DNA of 64,000 bases, taken from Gemmatimonadaceae bacterium. GTDB lineage: Bacteria > Gemmatimonadota > Gemmatimonadetes > Gemmatimonadales > Gemmatimonadaceae. A program made the translations under genes and the position numbers. Position 1 is the stretch's first letter. Each line of letters starts with the position of its first letter. The notes beneath the pieces are model-generated. The model did not search any database. It was not told the DNA's origin and saw only the letters and a list, made by a program, of their open reading frames with translations. Shown in pieces: positions 60,994 to 64,000 of the stretch. The stretch is taken from positions 8,798 through 72,797 of the forward strand of contig JANLPZ010000142.1 in NCBI GenBank assembly GCA_031367535.1, given 5' to 3'.

Positions 60994-61880
60994 CTGACGT
61001 GACGAACGCTCTCGAGGCTGTCGGCGCGCTGATCGGCGAGCGCTCGAAGTACGAAGGCTGGATTGCCGCACTGGCGTCCAAGACGGATGTGCCGGTTCAT
61101 GTGCTGGAGAAGGTGCGCACCGACTACACCGGTCGCCTGCGCACCGTGCTGCAGGCGTTTGCCGCGCACACGCCCACACTCGAAGCGGCGCTGGCAGAGT
61201 ATCAGGCGCGCGATGCGCAGCTCTCTGCGCAGGAGAAGACCTGCCGCGATGAGCACGCTGAAGGCGAACTGCGCCACATGGTCGGCGAGTACGACAGCGA
61301 GCAATGGGATCAGGTGCGCGTTGGACATGAGGCGTTGCTCGGACGACTCGCCAGCGAGCGTCAGGGCATCGCCGCAGAACTCGGCAGCGTGCAGCGCAGT
61401 CTCGCGGCAATGGCCGAAGCGGCGCAGCGCGCGCGCACGATCGGCGAGACTGCCAGTCCAGCAATGTCTGCATCGCGCGACGAGTCACCGACGCCCGCGA
61501 TTCTGGCGGCGATGAACGAAGCACCGGCCGCCGCGCCGTTGTCGCCGAGCACGTTCCGGCCGACGCCGCCTTCGCCCCCGCAGGAATTGATGGATCGTCG
61601 CACTCAGCTTGACGATCTGGGCTTTCTGCGCAGTACGCCGCGGCCCGTTGCACCGCGCGACAACGGCAGTGAGGCGCAGTCGGTTTCAACGGCCACCGCG
61701 TCGCGCTCGGCCGAGCAGCCGGTGCTGCGCATTGTGCAGGACACGCCGTTGCCGGTGGCGGCTGTCACGCCATCATCGAACGATGCCGCGAAGACGTTGC
61801 GCTGTGCCGAATGCGGTACGATGAATTACGCGACCGAGTGGTACTGCGAACGATGCGGCGGCGAGCTGGCCGTTCTGTAG
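60990..61880 (+). CDS. Hypothetical protein: N-terminal coiled coil, Pro/Ser/Ala-rich linker, C-terminal CxxC...CxxC zinc ribbon
   Basis: C-terminal CAECGTMNYATEWYCERCG (RanBP2-like zinc-ribbon spacing). ATGA overlap with the aldolase gene. Confidence 0.5.
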   Translation: MTDVTNALEAVGALIGERSKYEGWIAALASKTDVPVHVLEKVRTDYTGRLRTVLQAFAAHTPTLEAALAEYQARDAQLSAQEKTCRDEHAEGELRHMVGEYDSEQWDQVRVGHEALLGRLASERQGIAAELGSVQRSLAAMAEAAQRARTIGETASPAMSASRDESPTPAILAAMNEAPAAAPLSPSTFRPTPPSPPQELMDRRTQLDDLGFLRSTPRPVAPRDNGSEAQSVSTATASRSAEQPVLRIVQDTPLPVAAVTPSSNDAAKTLRCAECGTMNYATEWYCERCGGELAVL

Positions 61881-61900
61881 GCAAGTCGGCACGGACCGAA

Positions 61901-61940
61901 ACGACAAACGGGCGAACCAGAAGGTTCGCCCGTTTGTCGT
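61901..61940. terminator. Bidirectional terminator between the convergent zinc-ribbon gene and rpsT
   Basis: Perfect 18-bp stem ACGACAAACGGGCGAACC / GGTTCGCCCGTTTGTCGT with a 4-nt AGAA loop. Confidence 0.7.
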
Positions 61941-61960
61941 GCTATCGACTGCAACGACGG

Positions 61961-62209
61961 TCAGGCCGCCGCGGCATTTGCCTTCTTTGCCATCCGGCTC
62001 TTCTGCCGGGCAGCTGCGTTCTTGTGGATCAGACCCTTGCGAGCGGCACGATCCAACAGCGTGGTGGCCATTCCACGCACCTCGGCCGACGCACCCTCTA
62101 CCTTGGCTTTCTTGAGGGCGGTGCGCAACGCTGAGCGCTGCGCGCGATTGCGTGCCTGGGCGGCACGCGACTTCCGCATATTCTTCTTTGCGGAGGCGAT
62201 ATTCGGCAC
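61961..62209 (-). CDS. rpsT: 30S ribosomal protein S20
   Basis: (V)PNIASAKKNMRKSRAAQARNRAQRS is the canonical S20 N-terminus. GTG start with GGAG 7 nt upstream. 82 aa. The track ORF (192 aa) over-extends upstream. Confidence 0.9.
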   Translation of the reverse strand: MPNIASAKKNMRKSRAAQARNRAQRSALRTALKKAKVEGASAEVRGMATTLLDRAARKGLIHKNAAARQKSRMAKKANAAAA

Positions 62210-62236
62210 CGAAGACTCCAATTCAAAAAATGAACA

Positions 62237-62292
62237 CGATTCGCCCTTCGTGGGCGAATCGCGAAAGATAGGGTGCCAGTTCAGGCTGTCAA
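62237..62292 (-). promoter_or_regulatory. rpsT promoter candidate TTGACA-N16-TATCTT plus leader hairpin
   Basis: On the minus strand, TTGACA is at 62292-62287 and TATCTT at 62270-62265. The hairpin CGATTCGCCC/ACGAA/GGGCGAATCG (62261-62237) follows, then TGTTCATTTTTT. Confidence 0.4.
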
Positions 62293-62538
62293 TCGCAGGA
62301 GTTGTCTTGGCCGTGAGCCAAAGGCCTCTTAGGTTGCCATGCTGCCCACGAGTTGCGGGGCGATGCCAGCGTCTGGCGTCCCGCGGCGATTCTGCCCACC
62401 CCCTGTTCCGCTTCGCGTGACCGCCTCCCTCGCCCCCAGTCCGATGCGCCCGTACGACCTGCGTTCGGCTGCACCGGCGCGGACGGTGACGGCGTGAGCG
62501 ACGCGGTCGCGGCAGCTGAGTCAGGCGCCGGCCCGGCA

Positions 62539-63267
62539 ATGGCGGCCGAGCCCGTTGCGCCGGTCGGCTTCATCGTGGATCTGCCGGCCTACGCCGGCCC
62601 GCTCGACCTGCTCCTGTCGCTGATCCGCGACGAGAAGGTCGACATCTACGACATCCCGATCGCACACATCGCGAAGCAGTTTCTGCTTCGCATCCGTGTC
62701 CTGCAACTGAATGATGCGGCGGAGTATCTGGAACTCGCAGCGCGCCTGCTCCGGATCAAGGCGCAGATGCTGTTGCCGCGACACGGTGAAACGGAAACGT
62801 GGGAAGATCCGCGCGCTGAACTCGTGCGCCGCCTGCTCGAGTATCAGCAGATGCGCGAGGTGGTGGACATTCTCGAGCGACGCGGCGATGAACGTCGGAG
62901 TCGGTTCGCACGCGCCTATCTGCCCGAGTCGGGTGAAACGGTGGCAGCACCACTCGCCTTGTCACTGGGTGAGTTGCTGACGGCTGTCGATCGGATTCTG
63001 CGTGTGACGAAGGAACCGACCGTGCACACGGTTGTCGCGCGCACACTCGATGTGGCGGGCGCGATTGCGATGGTGCGGAGTGTGATCGCCGAACGGCGCA
63101 ATGCGCGCTGGGGCGAGTTGGTGGCACGCGATGCGGAGCCGTGGCAGATCCTGTCCATGTTGCTTGCATTGCTGGAGCTGGCAAAGCTGGGCGAGCTGCG
63201 GCTCGCGCAACCGCGCCCATTTGCGTCTGTCGAGATAGAGCATGATTCCCCTGGTGAAGCTGCTTGA
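62539..63267 (+). CDS. scpA: Segregation and condensation protein A
   Basis: LDLLLSLIRDEKVDIYDIPIAHI motif. Start is uncertain (GTG 62494 or ATG 62539). Confidence 0.8.
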   Translation: MAAEPVAPVGFIVDLPAYAGPLDLLLSLIRDEKVDIYDIPIAHIAKQFLLRIRVLQLNDAAEYLELAARLLRIKAQMLLPRHGETETWEDPRAELVRRLLEYQQMREVVDILERRGDERRSRFARAYLPESGETVAAPLALSLGELLTAVDRILRVTKEPTVHTVVARTLDVAGAIAMVRSVIAERRNARWGELVARDAEPWQILSMLLALLELAKLGELRLAQPRPFASVEIEHDSPGEAA

Positions 63268-63784
63268 AGCGGCGCTCTTCGCGAGCCCGCGACCGATCCC
63301 GGTCGAAGAGTTGAGTGCCCTCGCGCCGGACGCGAGTCCCGCCGAGATCTCCTCGGCGCTGGATACGCTGCGCGAGCACTACGACGTGGACGGTCACGGT
63401 GTGGAACTGGCGGAAATCGGTGGCGGCTGGCAGATCCTGACGCGCGCTGAATACACCGAGGCGATCGAGCGTGCACAGCTCGCGGCGCGACCGCAGCGGT
63501 TGTCGGCGGCGGCACTCGAAACACTGGCGATCATCGCGTACCGTCAGCCGATCGGGCGGACGGAAGTGGAAGAGATTCGCGGCGTCGCCGTGGGTTCGAT
63601 TCTCAAATCGTTGCAGGAGCGCGCGCTGATCGACGTCGTGGGTCGGGCCGAAGGGCTGGGGCGTCCGTTGCTGTATGGCACGACGTCATTGTTTCTCGAG
63701 CAGTTCGCACTGCGACATCTGGAAGAGTTGCCGCGTGCCGATGAGCTGGCGATTGCGTTGCGGCCTGCGCCGCAGCCACTGTGA
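63242..63784 (+). CDS. scpB: Segregation and condensation protein B
   Basis: LLEAALFAS and LETLAIIAYRQPIGRTEVEEIRGV winged-helix motifs. Overlaps the scpA end. Confidence 0.85.
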   Translation: MIPLVKLLEAALFASPRPIPVEELSALAPDASPAEISSALDTLREHYDVDGHGVELAEIGGGWQILTRAEYTEAIERAQLAARPQRLSAAALETLAIIAYRQPIGRTEVEEIRGVAVGSILKSLQERALIDVVGRAEGLGRPLLYGTTSLFLEQFALRHLEELPRADELAIALRPAPQPL

Positions 63785-64000
63785 GCGCGCGCTCGCCGCG
63801 ACGCACCGGTACGCCAACCGGCAAGCCCGCTGCTCCGAAGCCGCGTGGCGTGAAGCCTCCGGAACGACCGGCCGCAAAAGGCACGCGCACGCCGCTCGGC
63901 CCTGACGCGCGTGATCCGCGCAAGCGGAGTCCGCGGAAGAAGCCGGCTCAGGGCGCCGCACGCACTGACGCACCGCTCGCTCCGACAGTCGTGAAGACGC
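63781..64000 (+). CDS. 5' part of a gene with a highly basic, Pro/Lys/Arg-rich N-terminus. Possibly the pseudouridine synthase (rluB-type) that commonly follows scpB.
   Basis: The frame stays open from GTG 63781 (GTGA overlap with the scpB stop) to the window end. No catalytic domain is visible, so the call rests on synteny knowledge only. Confidence 0.3.
   Translation, partial: MSARSPRRTGTPTGKPAAPKPRGVKPPERPAAKGTRTPLGPDARDPRKRSPRKKPAQGAARTDAPLAPTVVKT

Overview
High-GC, almost gap-free bacterial chromosome segment. About 90% of genes are on the + strand, and many neighbours share 1-4 nt stop/start overlaps (ATGA/GTGA). Content is mainly housekeeping: ftsY, recG, asnS, alr, deoB, cdd, mtaB, miaB, comEC, fbp, a methylmalonyl-CoA mutase catalytic subunit, msrA, argS, purM, ribD-ribE-ribBA-ribH-nusB, hpf-hprK plus a complete mannose-family PTS with ptsH-ptsI, metK, recO, clpB, tadA, two tRNA-Ser genes, pyrR-pyrB-pyrC, rpsT and scpAB. 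The cell-envelope genes point to a diderm of the FCB/Gemmatimonadota-like type: a CarboxypepD_reg-type TonB-dependent receptor, beta-barrel OMPs, lipoproteins and a FlgD-Ig/T9SS-like C-terminal domain. That is only an impression from gene content and cannot be verified here. I found no CRISPR array, transposase, integrase, prophage or recognisable defence or toxin module. I cannot point to a convincing novel system with high confidence. The most second-look-worthy items are: (1) a lipoprotein with a (Thr-Pro)n linker and a DUF1996-like domain, bracketed by two tRNA-Ser genes; (2) a BtuCD/FecCD-type ABC importer with no binding protein, preceded by a membrane-anchored CarboxypepD_reg protein; (3) the hpf-hprK-EIIABCD-ptsH-ptsI block; (4) a translationally coupled lipoprotein/FadL-PorV-like barrel pair; (5) a cysteine-less FmdB-like protein; (6) a DUF4157-like HExxH mini-protein wedged between comEC and fbp; (7) the rpsT leader hairpin. 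The many very long antisense ORFs in the track are explained by codon usage and are rejected. The ORF-track starts (first ATG/GTG/TTG) are often too far upstream, so I trimmed them where homology-style N-termini, RBSs or stop/start overlaps supported an internal start.
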